From Squalus acanthias (Eukaryota): a stretch of 64,000 nucleotides of DNA. The stretch spans positions 124,622,001 through 124,686,000 of the forward strand of contig CM059432.1 in NCBI GenBank assembly GCA_030390025.1. The letters are read 5' to 3'. The notes beneath the pieces are model-generated. The model did not search any database, was not told where the DNA came from, and worked only from the letters and a program-made list of their open reading frames with translations. Made by a program: the position numbers and the translations under genes. Every line of letters starts with the position of its first letter. Position 1 is the first letter of the stretch. This document shows, in pieces, positions 1-12,652 of this stretch.

Positions 1-70
1 ATTGAATGGCTGGAGGGGCTGAATGGCCTGCTCCTGTTCCTATGTTCCTGTGCTCCTTCCTATGTTCTTA
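1..70 (+). mobile_element. CR1 LINE 3' UTR/tail fragment
   Basis: gaatggc...gaatggcctgctcctgttcc followed by (ctatgtt)-type tail; matches CR1 3' ends at 14870-14940 and 63600-63697. Confidence 0.75.
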
Positions 71-889
71 TTTTGAAAAGGTTTGAACTCTATTAACTTG
101 CCCCTGTTAGATTTCACTAAAGACTGTTAATACATAGGAAACCCCACAAAAATATCTCCCCTTTTTTAGATTTTCAGGAAAAGAAACACCACTTGAGTCC
201 TCAAGAGTTAATTAAATTAGTAAATGAACAGGATTTTTCTGGCTGAAATTCGGGCCTCTCTAACACTTCAAATGACGTGCAACTGCAGCATTGGGCAGAA
301 AAATTGATTGCAGTCACAATTTTATTGCCTCAATTAGGCCAGACCACAACAGACTTTAATTAGTTCTGCTCAGACTTCTTGTAAAAAGCCAGACTTCTCT
401 GTATGATAGAAAGTTTGGAGCTGAAACATTTTTTTCACTTGTCTCATTAACTATGGCAGAGCAATTTCAGCAGTTCTGATCGGGATGAAATTTCAACAAG
501 TTAAAGTCATTTGCAGCCAAATGACAAGAAATTAGTACGGAGTGCAGATCAGAACAGAGTGTTAAGCTGCGAGTTTGGTGAGTGAGGGAATGAATCTTAA
601 AGGTTAATCTCTTTTTTTTATAAAATCTAGTCTTGTGTGCTTGCAATTAGCATTTAACTTAAATTTAAATTTACCTTTTCAAGTTTTAAGTTTCTTCCAG
701 GCTTGGGCAGGGCTAAGCAAGCTCTGTGCTGGAGAGCAGGTGAGAGTAATTAATTAATGAACTGGTCTAATCTGGTTCTGTAACTGCCAGAGAGCTCACT
801 TATTTAAATCTCAGCAGTATAAATAAGGGAGGCTAGAGTGCAGTTTCTCACGGAGTACAGATCGGAACAGAGTGTTAAGCTGCGAGTTT

Positions 890-988
890 AGTGAGTGAGT
901 GAGTGAGTGAGTGAGTGAGTGAGTGAGTGAGTGAGTGAGTGAGTGAGTGAGTGAGTGAGTGAGTGAGTGAGTGAGTGAGTGAGTGAGT
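890..988. repeat. (GAGT)n microsatellite within the CR1 5' UTR
   Basis: about 25 perfect GAGT units; explains the THSL-repeat ORFs. Confidence 0.98.
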
Positions 989-1377
989 GGAGGGAGGTGT
1001 TCCTTTCTTTTTCTGCACAAGAGGGGACAGAGAACCAGCGGGAATTCGGCTCTGTGACACCTCCCAACCGCATCTGGAGAAAAATAAAAGTGCGGTTTAA
1101 ACAGAGTGCTGCAAGTTGGGAATTGGTTCTTACTTTACACCAAGGAATGAGTCCGAGAGCGGGAGCAGTCAAACAACAACAACTGTGAAACCGCTAAAGT
1201 GACGTCCTAACCAGGAAAGGAGCTGATTGGTAAGTAGGACCTGGTGAGTATTTCTACAGTCCAGTCGTTAAAGTAAAAGTAAGGTCTCTAGTTTAGAGTA
1301 AGTAGTGTTTTAAGGGAAGTAAGGTCCCTAGTGTATTTAATATTCTTTAATTTAAAGGGAGTAAATTAAGGGTAGGG

Positions 1378-1975
1378 CAGGGCAACTCGGCAGCGTAGAG
1401 TGCTCCTCCTGTGCTATGTGGGAAGTTAGGGAAACTTTCGGTGTCCAGGGTGAACACGTGCAGGAAGTGTCTCCAGCTACAGCTACTCAAAATCCGCGTT
1501 TCAGAGTTGGAGCTGCGGCTAGAGTCACTGTGGAGCATCCGCGAAGTTGAGATCTTCATGAATAGCACGCTTAACGAGGTGGTCACACCACAGGTAAAGA
1601 GTGCACAGGCAGACAGGAAATGGGTGACCGCCAGATTGTAGGGGGTGGTGTGTGGGGGTCAGGTTCACCTCTGACTCAGTGAGCAGTTTGAATCGCTCCC
1701 ACGCCCCTGGTTCTAGACCTGCAACAAGAATTTAGGGAGCTAGGTAGCAGATTAAAAAGCAGGACCTCAAAGGTTGTAATCTCTGGATTACTCCAAGTGC
1801 CACGTGCTAGTGAGTATTGGAATAGGAGGATACAGCAGATGAATGCGTGGCTAAAGAGTTGGTGCAGGAGGGAGGGCTTTAGTTTCCTGGATCACTGGGT
1901 CTGCTTCTGGGGAAGGTGGGACCTGTACAAGTCGGACGGGTTGCACCTGAACTGGAACGGGACCAACATCCTGTT
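1378..1975 (+). pseudogene. CR1 ORF1 remnant (zinc finger, leucine zipper, SGNH esterase C-terminus)
   Basis: CRKCLQLQLLKIRVSELELRLESL; NAWLKSWCRREGFSFLDHW...YKSDGLHLNWNGT; middle part deleted at the LTR fragment. Confidence 0.88.
1637..1720 (-). mobile_element. Terminal fragment of an LTR related to the 4667-6347 solo LTR
   Basis: TGTAGGGGGTGGTG...gaatcgctccca...ggttctagacct aligns with 4667-4749. Confidence 0.85.
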
Positions 1976-1979
1976 GTTG

Positions 1980-4900
1980 CAACATATTGTTGCTATCACA
2001 GAGACATGGTTGAGGGAGGGGCAGGACTGACAGCTCAATATTCCGGGGTATAGAATCTTCAGGCAAGACAGAGGGGGGAGTAAAAGAGGAGGGGGTGTCG
2101 CAATATTAATCAAGGAGTCAATTACTGCTGTAAGGAGGGATGATATCTTAGTAGGTTCCTCTAATGAGGCCATATGGGGAGAACTTAAAAACAAAAAGGG
2201 GGCAAGCACTTTGCTGGGAGTGTACTATAGGCCCCCAAACAGTCAGGGGGAGATAGAGGAACAGATATGTATGCAAATCTCAGAAGTGTAGAAATAACAG
2301 GGTAATAATAGTAGGGGATTTCAACTTCCCCAATATTAACTGGGATAGTCAGAGTGTGAAAGGCTGAGAGGGTGCAGAATTCTTAAAGTGCATCCAGGAG
2401 AGCTTTTAGAGCCAGCATGTAGAAAGTCCTACAAGAGAGGGGGCAGTACTGGACCTAATTCTAGGGAATGTAGCTGGGCAAGTGGTAGAAGTGTCAGTAG
2501 GAGAGCATTTTGGTGACAGTGACCATAATTCGGTGAGATTTAAGGTAGTCATGGAAAAGGACAAAGATGGACCGGAAATAAAGGTTCTAAATTGGGGGAA
2601 GGCCGATTTTAATATGATAAGGCAAGATCTGGCCAAAGTGGACTGGGATCAGCTACTTGTAGGAAAATCCACATCAGAGCAGTGGGAGTCTTTCAGAAAG
2701 GAAATAGAGAGAGTACAACGCCAACATGTTCCCGTAAAGGTCAAGGGTGGGACCAACAAGCCCAGGGAACCCTGATGTCAAGTGATATACAAGAATGGAT
2801 TAGGGGAAAAAAAGGAGGCTTTTGGCAGATACAAAGGACTAAAAACAGTGGAAGCCCTAGAGGAGTATAGAAAGTGCAGGGGATTATTTAAAAAAGAAAT
2901 TAGGAGAGCGAAGAGGGAGCATGAAAAAACATTGGCAGGCAAAATAAAGGGAAATCCCAAGATGTTTTATAAGTATATTAAGGGCAAGAGAATAACCAGG
3001 GAAAGAGTAGGGCCCATTAGGGACCAAAGTGGCAATCTGTGTGTAGAGCCGGAAGATGTAGGTGAGGTTTTAAATGAATATTTTGCATCTGTGTTCACTA
3101 TGGAGAAGGACGATGTAGGCATAGAAATCAGGCAGGGGGATTGTGATATACTTGAACAAAATAGTATTGAGAGGGAGGAGGTACTAGCGGTTTTAGTGGG
3201 CTTAAAGGTGGATAAATCCCCAGGCCCAGACGAGATGTATCCCAGGCTGTTGTGTGAGGCAAGGGAGGAGATTGCAGGGGCTCTGACACAAATTTTCAGA
3301 ACCTCTCTGGCCACAGGGAAGGTGCCAGAGGACTGGAGAACAGCTAACGTAGTACCATTATTCAAGAAGGGTAGTAGGGATAAATCAGGGAATTACAGGC
3401 CAGTGAGCCTAACATCAGTGGTAGGGAAATTATTGGAAAAAATTCTGAGGGACAGAATTAGTCTCCACTTGGAGAGGCAAGGATTAATCAAGGATAGTCA
3501 GCATGGCTTTGTCAGGGGGCGATCATGTCTAACCAATTTGATTGAATTTTTCGAGGGGGTGACTAGGTGTGTGGATGAGGGTAGTGCAGTTGATGTAGTC
3601 TACATGGACTTCAGTAAGGCTTTTGACAAAGTCCCACATGGGGACTGGTCAAGAAGGTAAGAGCCCATGGGATCCAGGGCAATTTGGCACATTGGATCCA
3701 AAATTGGCTTAGTGGCAGGAGACAGAGGGTGATGTTCGAAGGTTGTTTTTGTGACTGGAAGCCTGTGTCCAGTGGTGTACTGCAGGGATCGGTGCTGGGT
3801 CCTTTGCTGTTTGTAGTGTATATTAATGATTTAGATATGAATGTAGGAGGTATGATCAGTAAGTTCGCAGATGACATGAAAATTGGTGGAGTGGTAAATA
3901 GCGAGGAGGGAAGCCTCAGGCTACAGGACGATATAGATGGGTTGGTTAGATGGGCAGAACAGTGGCAAATGGAATTTAACCCTGAAAAGTGTGAGGTGAT
4001 GCATTTTGGGAGGACTAACAAGGCAAGGGAATACACAATGAATGGTAGGACCCTTGGAAGGACAGAGGATCAGAGGGACCTTGGTGTGCATGTACATAGA
4101 TCCCTGAAGGCAGCATGACAGGTAGATAAGGTGGTCAAAAAGGCATATGGGATACTTGCCTTCATTAGCCAAGGCATAGAATATAAGAGCGGGGTGGTTA
4201 TGATGGAGCTGTACAAAACGCTAGTTAGGCCACAGCTGGAATACTGTGTGCAGTTCTGGTCGCCACACTATAGGAAGGATGTGATTGCATTGGAGAGGGT
4301 GCAGAGGAGATTCACCAGGATGTTACCTGGGCTGGAGCGCTTCAGCTATGAAGAGAGACTGGACAGGCTGGGGTTGTTTTCCTCAGAGCAGAGAAGGCTG
4401 AGGGGGGACCTGATTGAGGTGTACAAAATTATGAGGGGCACAGATAGGGTAGATAGAAAGGAACTTTTCCCCTTAGTAGAGGGGTCAATAACCAGGGGGC
4501 ATAGTTTCAAGGTAAGGGGCAGGAGGTTTGGAGGGGATTTGAGGAAAAACTTTTTCACCCAGAGGATGGTTGTAATCTGGAATTCACTGCCTGAAAGGGT
4601 GGTAGAGGCAGGAACCCTCAACACTCAAGAAGCATTTAGATGAGCACTTGAAACGCCATAGCATACTGTAGGGGGTGGTGGTTTTTGTCAGCTTTACCTC
4701 TGACTTCTGAGCGGTTCGAATCGCTCCCACTCCCTTGGTTCTAGACCTTGGACTTATTTGGGGGTTGTGATACAAAAGGTGCAACAGACAACTGAGTTTG
4801 ATGAAAGAACTTCAATCTTTATTAAAAAGGTAAGACACAAACAATTACACTCTTAACACACTAAAAGGTAGAGAACACTTCGGTACAAGCGAGGGAAATG

Positions 4901-6386
4901 ACAGTAGAATAATACTTCACCCCTCCCAACCCCACTTTACTAGCTAAGTTAGGTTTTGAAGGACCTGGGATAATGCTCACCAATCCTTTGAAAGTTGGGC
5001 TAAATCGCGGTTTGGGGGTTCGCTGTTTATGGCGGTTAGTGTCTGCTGTACCCCGTACGTGGTAGAGGACTTCACCTGAGTCTCTGGTCAGTCTTCGTGA
5101 GTCCGCTGATGCGGTAGGATGTTGTTTTGGATTTATCTGGTGAGTACCCAATTTCTTTAGTTTAGCAGTAGGGTTTAGAGTCTTTGGGGAAAATCTTACC
5201 CAGGGGTAAGTCAGGAGTAGTTTGTAGTGTGGAAACTTTGCGGTTCTTCGGGTTTTCTTCCCTTGAGTTGATCCTTGTTGGTCGCGGTGGCCTGCTATTA
5301 CCCGGTCAGTTGGGGGTAATGCGCGGTTGTTGGTTTCATGAGGCCTTTGGTTTCCGCGATGGCTTTAGGCCTTGTTTAGTGTGTCGGTCGACCTCGTGGA
5401 GCCGTCGGTTGCTTGTTGCTCCGGGTGATTGTGTTGGGGCCGTTGTTGGAGGTCCGTCAAGGTGGTATCTTCGCGAGCTGGACTCAGGTGTGTCTGAGTG
5501 GTGAGCGATGCCGACTCGCTTCCAGCTCGGGTCTTCTTCTTCTTGGTTTCTTCTCCTGATGACCACCAGTTGCGACTGACTGCTCGACTCCCAACTTTTG
5601 AACTGTTGTAACTGCTTGGTGGGCCTTCAATTATACAAAATTGAAGTGGCCTTATCTACCTGCCAAATCTACTCAGTTCATTGTCTGGTTTTTGGCGGGC
5701 TCGTAACTCGGTAACGACTTACTAGCACGTTAACTGGGTTTTTAACAGGCCTTCAATCTCACCCATTGAACATGGCCTTATCTACCCGCCAAATCTGCTC
5801 AGTTCATTGTCTGATTTTTGGCGGGCCTGTTACCAGTAACTGCTCTGTTTTGTGTCTAATGGGTTTTGGAAATGGTTTGCATCCTGTCGATCTCCTTGGC
5901 TGATCACTGGTGATTGGTTTCGTGTTTTGGGTTTCTAGGCTGGACTCGGTCTTTTCTATAGAATGGTCCTGAGTGATTTGTATTATGCATGTTTTCTGAT
6001 GGGCCCTGTAATCGGTTTGATGGGGCCTGTTATTTTGGGTGGGACTGTCTTCTCCCAGGGTCTATTGTCAAAATGTTAATGCTTGCTGGGACTTGAGTGA
6101 GGTCATCCCGGTTCCCCAGACAGTGCAATTAACTGCAATAACCAAAACTGCTTTTACAGAGGTTGATTCCACCTTCTTTCACAGCCTTTTCACCCTTTAC
6201 AGGCCCAGACATAGTTTTAAAATGCCAAAACTTGGTTTTTGGTCTTATGTTCCTTAGGTTAGGCCCAAATGCATTTTTATCACTCTGAGGTAGTTCCAAA
6301 GTCCTTTTTCCTTAGGTTGGGCATCTGCAAATTTTGGAAACCTTACAATGCAAGGCTACGGACCAAGTGCTGGAAAATGGGATTAG
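1980..6386 (+). pseudogene. CR1 ORF2 (APE endonuclease + reverse transcriptase), frameshifted; C-terminus split by the solo LTR
   Basis: IVAITETWL, GDSDHNSV, KSPGPD, NYRPVSLTS, YMDFSKAFDKVPH, QGSVLGP, KFADD. Confidence 0.95.
4667..6347 (-). mobile_element. Solo LTR (1681 bp) of an LTR retroelement/ERV
   Basis: TGTAGG...CCTTACA termini; 4-bp TSD ATAC/ATGC that restores the CR1 sequence gcatac|aaggctacgg; AATAAA on the minus strand near 4820; internal enhancer-like duplication. Confidence 0.88.
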
Positions 6387-6458
6387 AATAGACAGGGCTT
6401 GATGGCCAGTGCGGACACGATGGGCCGAAGGGCCTCTTTCTGTGCTGTATAACTCTAT

Positions 6459-7159
6459 GGGCTGGATTTTCATTGACCCGTGGAGGCGAGTTTGGAGGCA
6501 TGTGGGGGGTTAAAATTGCGAAAACTGGCGGGCGGGCACAAGTCCGCCTCCATCCCGCCTCCACGCAATTTTCATTAAATCGTGTCTGCTGGTCCCGACT
6601 CCGTCCCGCCTTTAAGAGGCGGGATAGGTTGTTAAGGCCCTTAACAAGCACTAAATTGGCTCTGTGATGCCATTTTGAAAGGCCGTTGTGATTTTAACCC
6701 TTGTTCTATGTGAAGCATGCCTGTTCTGAACCACGATTGTGAAACCTGGCGGGAGCACATTTGGATATGGATAGTTGACGCTGGCTGGCTGGCTGGAGCA
6801 TATGTGAATATGTGGATGGATGTATATATGGATAGCTATGTGGAGGAGACAAATCTGGGAGTGGTGGTGTAAAAATATCTGGGCGCAGACTTAGGACTGC
6901 TGCTGCTCATTTTGCAGGTCCTCTCACAGCAAAGGCCAGGCAGTGTTTGAAGACCTTCAATGCAGCAGCAATGATGACATCATCAGAGGCGACTTTCAGA
7001 TTGAAAACACTAATTGGTTCATGGGTTCCCACATGCTGGAACTCAATTGCCCAATTAGGTGAAAATTGCATCAATCTCCCACATCCAATTGCAGTCGGGT
7101 GGATAACACGAAAAGTGGATAACACGACCCCAACCCGCCCCAGTATCAAAATCCAGCCC
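6459..7159. mobile_element. Non-autonomous PIF/Harbinger-type element (MITE) in the CR1 3' tail
   Basis: perfect 12-bp TIR GGGCTGGATTTT/AAAATCCAGCCC, 3-bp TSD TAT/AAT; subterminal layout resembles the ends of 9662-15830. Confidence 0.85.
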
Positions 7160-7939
7160 AATGACTCTGAGTACTATACTGCTAATGAGTTCATAAAAAG
7201 TTGCTTATTGTTTTTTCTGGTTGTTAGGTTACTGAACATGTTAAACTTAGGGCTAAATCATATTAGTCATTCGCTGTCATTAAAGTGAATTAAGTTGTAC
7301 CATAAATATGGCATAGGAGTTTTGTGGTTTTCATTAGGGGTGGGGTGACACCAGTATAAAAGGCTTATTGAATGCGCAACCTGTTTTTTGAGTTTTTAAC
7401 CCTTTCCCTGGTTTTCCTCGCACCATAAGTCATCACCAAGGCAGAAGACAAACAGACCTCCCACACCCAAACCAATGACCTCGCCACCATATAAATGGCC
7501 ACTAGGAGGCCCATGAATTTCAGAAAACCCAGCCTCTGATCTTTCCCCCTCCCTATGGGTAAAAGCCTGACGACAGCATACTGCTTCCCCTTGATGGTAA
7601 AACTGATAATTCAACTGGCATAGAATTGCAGGTAAAAAAAACGGTGTCCTTTCTCTTTGTGGCACAGCATATTGACGGTCCATCATACCGTCCCATTGTG
7701 CTGCCTGGTATAATTTTCTTTATTCTTCCACTGGTCTCACCCAAAAGGGTTTACCCTGTAACTAATCATTGTTATTTATACATTAACAAGGAGTGTTAAC
7801 AATTGGTGCAACATAAAGAAACAAAAATTTCATTCCATACCACTGATGTATTTCACCTTGTTTAGTGCAAATTTAATCACAAAGATTAAATAAAGCATTA
7901 AAATAACACATACGGTAAAATAATAAAAAGAACAGGCGC

Positions 7940-8060
7940 CCCCGATAGCTCATAGAGTTGATCCATTTAATAGTCAAGCCAGAAGGCCCCAAGTTCAATC
8001 CCCAAACTCTCTTGAGTTAGTTGATCACAGCTGGAGTAGCATTTGGGGTCCTACAACTTG
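7940..8060 (+). mobile_element. Degenerate tRNA-derived SINE head
   Basis: A-box-like TAGCTCA and B-box-like AAGTTCAATCCCC. Confidence 0.4.
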
Positions 8061-8406
8061 TAAGAGCATACTCCACCAAACTCACAACTAGAGTGATTAC
8101 ATTAAAAATCAGTGTCCGCAGGGTATTTTTAATCTTTTTCTGCTGTACTTTAGTTTTCTTGAATTTTTATTTTAATTATCTTATTTAGACTTTGTGATAA
8201 ATTTTGCACTAATCATAAAACAAATTCAAATATCCACCCCAAATTAATGAAATTATACCTCGGCCTAGAGGAGGTTGTACATTAAAATTAAACTTCACTG
8301 CCATTTTGTTTCCATATACCGTGGAACCTGTCTGTTATGGTCATCCATGGTACCAGCCTGATTGGCCATAATACAGATGGCTGGTCTATAACGGTACAGT
8401 GCCTAA

Positions 8407-8872
8407 AAAGAAAGACTTGCATTTATATAGTGCCTTTAATGACCACCAGACGTCTCAAAGCGCTTTACAGCAAATTAAGTATTTTTTGAAGTGGAGTCAC
8501 TGTTGTAATGTGGGAAACGTGGCAGCCAATTTGCACACAGCAAGCTCCCACAAACAGCAATGTGATAATGACCAGATAATCTGTTTTTGTTATGTTGGTT
8601 GAGGGAGAAATATTGGCCAGGACACCGGGGATAACTCCCCTGCTCTTCTTCGAAATAGTGCCATGGGATCTTTTACGTCCACCTGAGAGAGCAGACGGGG
8701 CCTTGGTTTAATGTCTCATCTGAAAGACGGCACCTCTGACAGTGCAGCACTCCCTCAGCACTGCACTGGAGTGTCAGCCTAGCTTTATGTGCTCAAGTCC
8801 CTGGAGTGGGACTTGAACCCACAACCTTCTGACTCAGAGGTGAGTGTGCTACCCACTGAGCCACAGCTGACA
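8407..8872 (-). mobile_element. tRNA-derived Deu-domain SINE (SacSINE1/AmnSINE-like), full length
   Basis: minus strand: gtggctcagtgg (A box), gggttcaagtccc (B box), Deu core gagggagtgctgcactgtcagaggtgccgtctttcagatgag, L2-like tail ctatataaatgcaag. Confidence 0.85.
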
Positions 8873-9931
8873 AAAAGGTGCAATCACGCTAGTATGAATA
8901 GGAAGAGACAATCATACCAAAACAATTGCTGAAACAGCCAACTTCAGAATGAAACTTTAACATATTGTACTGTCATCTAAAAAGTAATTTCAACATTTTT
9001 TGTTTTAATTTTTACACTTTTGCTTTTGACTGTAATTTTATTTCAACTGTAAACGTAACTGTTCCACTTTTGGGTCGTTTTACTCTATTTACTCTAGATA
9101 TATTTTTGGCTTCTTTGTTTCGGACTACTCTTGTAGGTGAGCCCTTGGTTCCCACATCCTCAAGATGTGTCCAGGTACATTTGATCACATTCCCAAGATA
9201 GTAACCAGAAAGCCTGTCTTTAGACCTGTTGGGCCTGTTCCTGTGCTGTAAATGCTACGTAATTCTATTTCTTTATCTACTGGCTCTATCCCATGCCGCC
9301 ACAGGATCCTCCTTATCTTCAGTTTTAACTGCGAAATAAATTTATTGAATACTAAATGAACAAGCGAATATTAATATAATATATATTTACCTGTATTTTT
9401 AAATTCTGCTGATATCTTGTATAAGGAAAATAATAAGTGTTTTGCAATATCAATAATAAGCTATGTATTTTTTTTTATCTATGTAGCTACTATTTTATAT
9501 CCTTACCAACTATGGGAGTATCTTGTTAGCTGACACTTTGAAAGTTTCAGAAAGAATCACAGCAAAGATTACTAAAACCCTCTTGCCTGTAAAAGAGGCC
9601 TGGGTTATCAAAGATTTTAAAAGGAACAAGTTGATAACAGTAAATTTAAGGCAGAATTTAAGGCTGCGATTTTACCATCGGCGGCGGGTTGGAGTCGGGT
9701 TGGCTGGTCAGCGGGTTCCGGTCCTGCTGCCGGTTTCATCCACTCTGAATTAATTATTTTCCCTTAATTGGGCTTATTAAGCCTGTCGTCCACGTTGCCC
9801 GGCCCAATCAGTGGGTTCGGGTCTCTGCTCGCTTCTGCTGACATCTTCCATTCAACTGCATTTAAGGGGCCCATGCAGCCTTGTGGTTTTTCATTCATTT
9901 TCTGATGCTTTTCAGTGTGGCAGATAGAGAG

Positions 9932-11841
9932 ATGAGTGGTTCAAGAGCAAAGGCCGCTCCAAGATTCGACGATGACTCCCTTCATGCCCTTGTGGAGGGA
10001 GTGAGAGGGCACAAAGAGGTTCTGTTCCCCTCACATGGATGAAGGAAGCCTCCTCAGCACACAAAGGCAGCCTGGCTGCAAATTGCCAGGGAGGTGAGTG
10101 CCAGGTCCTTGTGCTCACGCACCTGGGTTCAGTGCCGCAAAAGGTTCAATGATCTGCTACGCTCAGCAAAAGTGAGTATAACATCACACTTGCCTTCAAT
10201 CTGCTCCCCATCTCCTCTCATCACCAGCACTCTGCATTGTCAACCTACTCCTGCACATCCTAACTTACCCTACATCCCTTGCACCCTTAACCATCCCTCT
10301 CTCTCTATGTACAGAATCACCACCATTCTACTATGCACCCCTCACACTCGCTCTCACTGTTATGCAATGGCTACAACTAACAACGCACAGGGAGGGACCT
10401 TGGTATTGGGACCTCACTCCATCTTTGTCTCCCTCTAAGCATCTATGCTATGGATTCTCTACACTCACTCCAACATTCTCACTCAAACTCCACTTGTCTC
10501 CTCATTGCAGGAAAAGAGAGCCCACAGTAAGAGGGAGAGGAAGAGGACAAGAGGAGGGCCACCTTCCATGGCGCACTTGACCACTGCTGAGGAGGCTGCT
10601 ATCGATATCGTCGGAGGTGCTGAGGAGCTGGAAGTGGGAGATGGAGAGACGGGCACAGTAGAACAAGCTGGTGACAGAATAGATTTGCAACCCTCTCATT
10701 TAGATTGCATGAGTGACTGATATGGCATCTGATGTACATACAGATTGAGTTCTGATCATCTGCACAATGGGATGTGTCTGCTACGTTAATATCATATGTC
10801 TAACTCATGCCTTTACTCCTCCACAGGACCATCGAGAGCCCCCCTCCCCACTGTCCGGGAGGAAGAGCCAGAAGACTCCTCAGAGGAAGCTGCAACCTCT
10901 GAGGGAGCAGCGTCAGCAGAATTGAGCGCACCCAGCACCAGCGCAGAGACACACACCTCGGTGGGTCATTCGCGAGATAGATTAGTGTTGTCACCTGGTG
11001 TATCACAGCTCACAAGTGAGCATCAGCAGATGGTGGAGACAGGGACAGCAGTGGAGAGTCCTCATCGGAGGTCGCAGGGCGCTCCTAGCTCTGCTCAGCT
11101 GCATGTGGACGCTGTGCCTCTGGGGCCATCCAGAAAGAGAGCGGTGCTGGAACTTCAGGAACAAGTGCAGGAGTCTCTGACAGGGTTTTGCAACCACTGT
11201 AACTGAGTGTGTAGAGAATGGAGGAGTCCATCTCAAACATGAGCAATGCCATGGTACATGCAATGGCGAATGTAGGTGCTGCCATGGAAAGGATGGCAAC
11301 CTCCATGGAGGACATAAATCGGCAGCCGCAAATGAACATGGTGACTCTTCTAAATAGATGGTCTGCTATGGAGGATAGATGGGCATCTATTGAGGAGAGG
11401 AACCAGAGGTACATGGACGTCCCCGTTATGAGGATTGTCAGTACAGAGACGGGTCCTCATGGCCCCATTGATGTGAAGCAAGGTGCTCTCCAGCTACTTG
11501 CTAGCAGTGAAGTGCGGGTGACCCATGCGAGGGATGTTGGTGGTCGACAACAAGGAAGTGTGGGCTCCTCTCCAAGCGCTCACACTCCCATGCCACTGTG
11601 GAGCCCTCAGTCAGAGCCCCAGATTCCTCACCCAACTGAGATGGCCATCTCAGCCCCTGCACAACCACAGGAGGAGCAGACTGTTGCAGAGCCCTCCCAG
11701 GCTCCCAAACCCAGAGGACGCCTGCCAAAGGCGTCGAAGCAGGCACAGCATCGAAGTGAGCAAGGTGCCTCTACATCTGTTGAAGCCACAGGGGAAGCAC
11801 CACGTAGATGCACGCATAAGAGAAAGTTAACACACAAATAG
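9932..11841 (+). pseudogene. Harbinger Myb/SANT-like DNA-binding protein, 3 exons (~9932-10171, 10511-10670, 10828-11841)
   Basis: APRFDDDSLHALVEGV...AWLQIAREV...RTWVQCRKRFNDL; GT-AG introns; in-frame stop in exon 1 and a disruption in exon 3. Confidence 0.85.
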
Positions 11842-12652
11842 TCACAAGGGTAGTCACTTGGGTGTTTTGATCTAATGCAAAGTGAAGATTCTCATCGTTA
11901 CTTCAATTGTAATAAAGAAATGCGATGGCAAAGATTCAAAGAGTTGGCCTATGTGTTCTCAGAAATGGAAGTGTCACAGTGAGGGGTCAGGGTGCCTTTC
12001 ATCTGTAATGATGGTGCTGAGAGTGATAGGAACTCACAATTTATTGTACAGATGCTGTATGGTGTGTTAAGAAGGTCAGCCAGACACTCATTTCCAAGTG
12101 CCAGCCACATGTGTTTGCTGCGTAAACCTACACGAATCTGGCATGGATTAGTGCATCCCTTGCCTCCCAGCCAACAATGTGCTCGCGTGCTGGTGGAACT
12201 GGCACATCCACCTCTGCAAGGTCTTCCTCATCTGCCGCCTCCTCCTCTGAGGCTGTGCGCTGAGCCACTTGTTCCTCAGGCAGTGGTAATCCACACTGCT
12301 GTGCGATGTTGTGCAGTGCACAGCAGACCACGATGATTCTGGAGACCCTGGCTGGTGCGTACTGTAGGACTCCACCTGATCTGTCGAGGCATCTGAATCA
12401 CATTTTGAGCAAGCCGATGGTTTGCTCTATGATGCTTCTGGTGAAAATGTGGCTCACATTGTAGCACTCCTCAGCTTCGTTTGATGGCCTCCTCATCAGT
12501 GTCATTAGTCACATCTTCAGGGGATAGCCCTTGTCTCCAAGTAGCCATCCTGAAAGTTGGGTTGGCGGATTGAACAGCTGAGGCACAGTGGACTGGCGCA
12601 GGATGAACGAGTCATGGCAACTGCCAGAGAACTTGGTACAAACATGCATAAT

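Larger units (their letters stand above)
535..6458 (+). mobile_element. Near full-length CR1 LINE (5' UTR, ORF1, ORF2, 3' UTR), decayed and interrupted by LTR insertions; tail continues at 7160-7168
   Basis: ORF1 zinc-finger/leucine-zipper and SGNH-esterase motifs, ORF2 APE and RT motifs, CR1 3' UTR; 3' half closely matches the copy at 23047-24759. Confidence 0.95.

Noticed and set aside
811..1172. ORFs with THSL repeats
   Set aside because: Translation of the (GAGT)n microsatellite.
7396..7686. 96-aa ORF in unique DNA
   Set aside because: No recognisable domain or splice support.
8810..8872. tRNA gene-like A/B boxes (also 35236, 43344, 49780)
   Set aside because: SINE or LINE heads; no complete cloverleaf.
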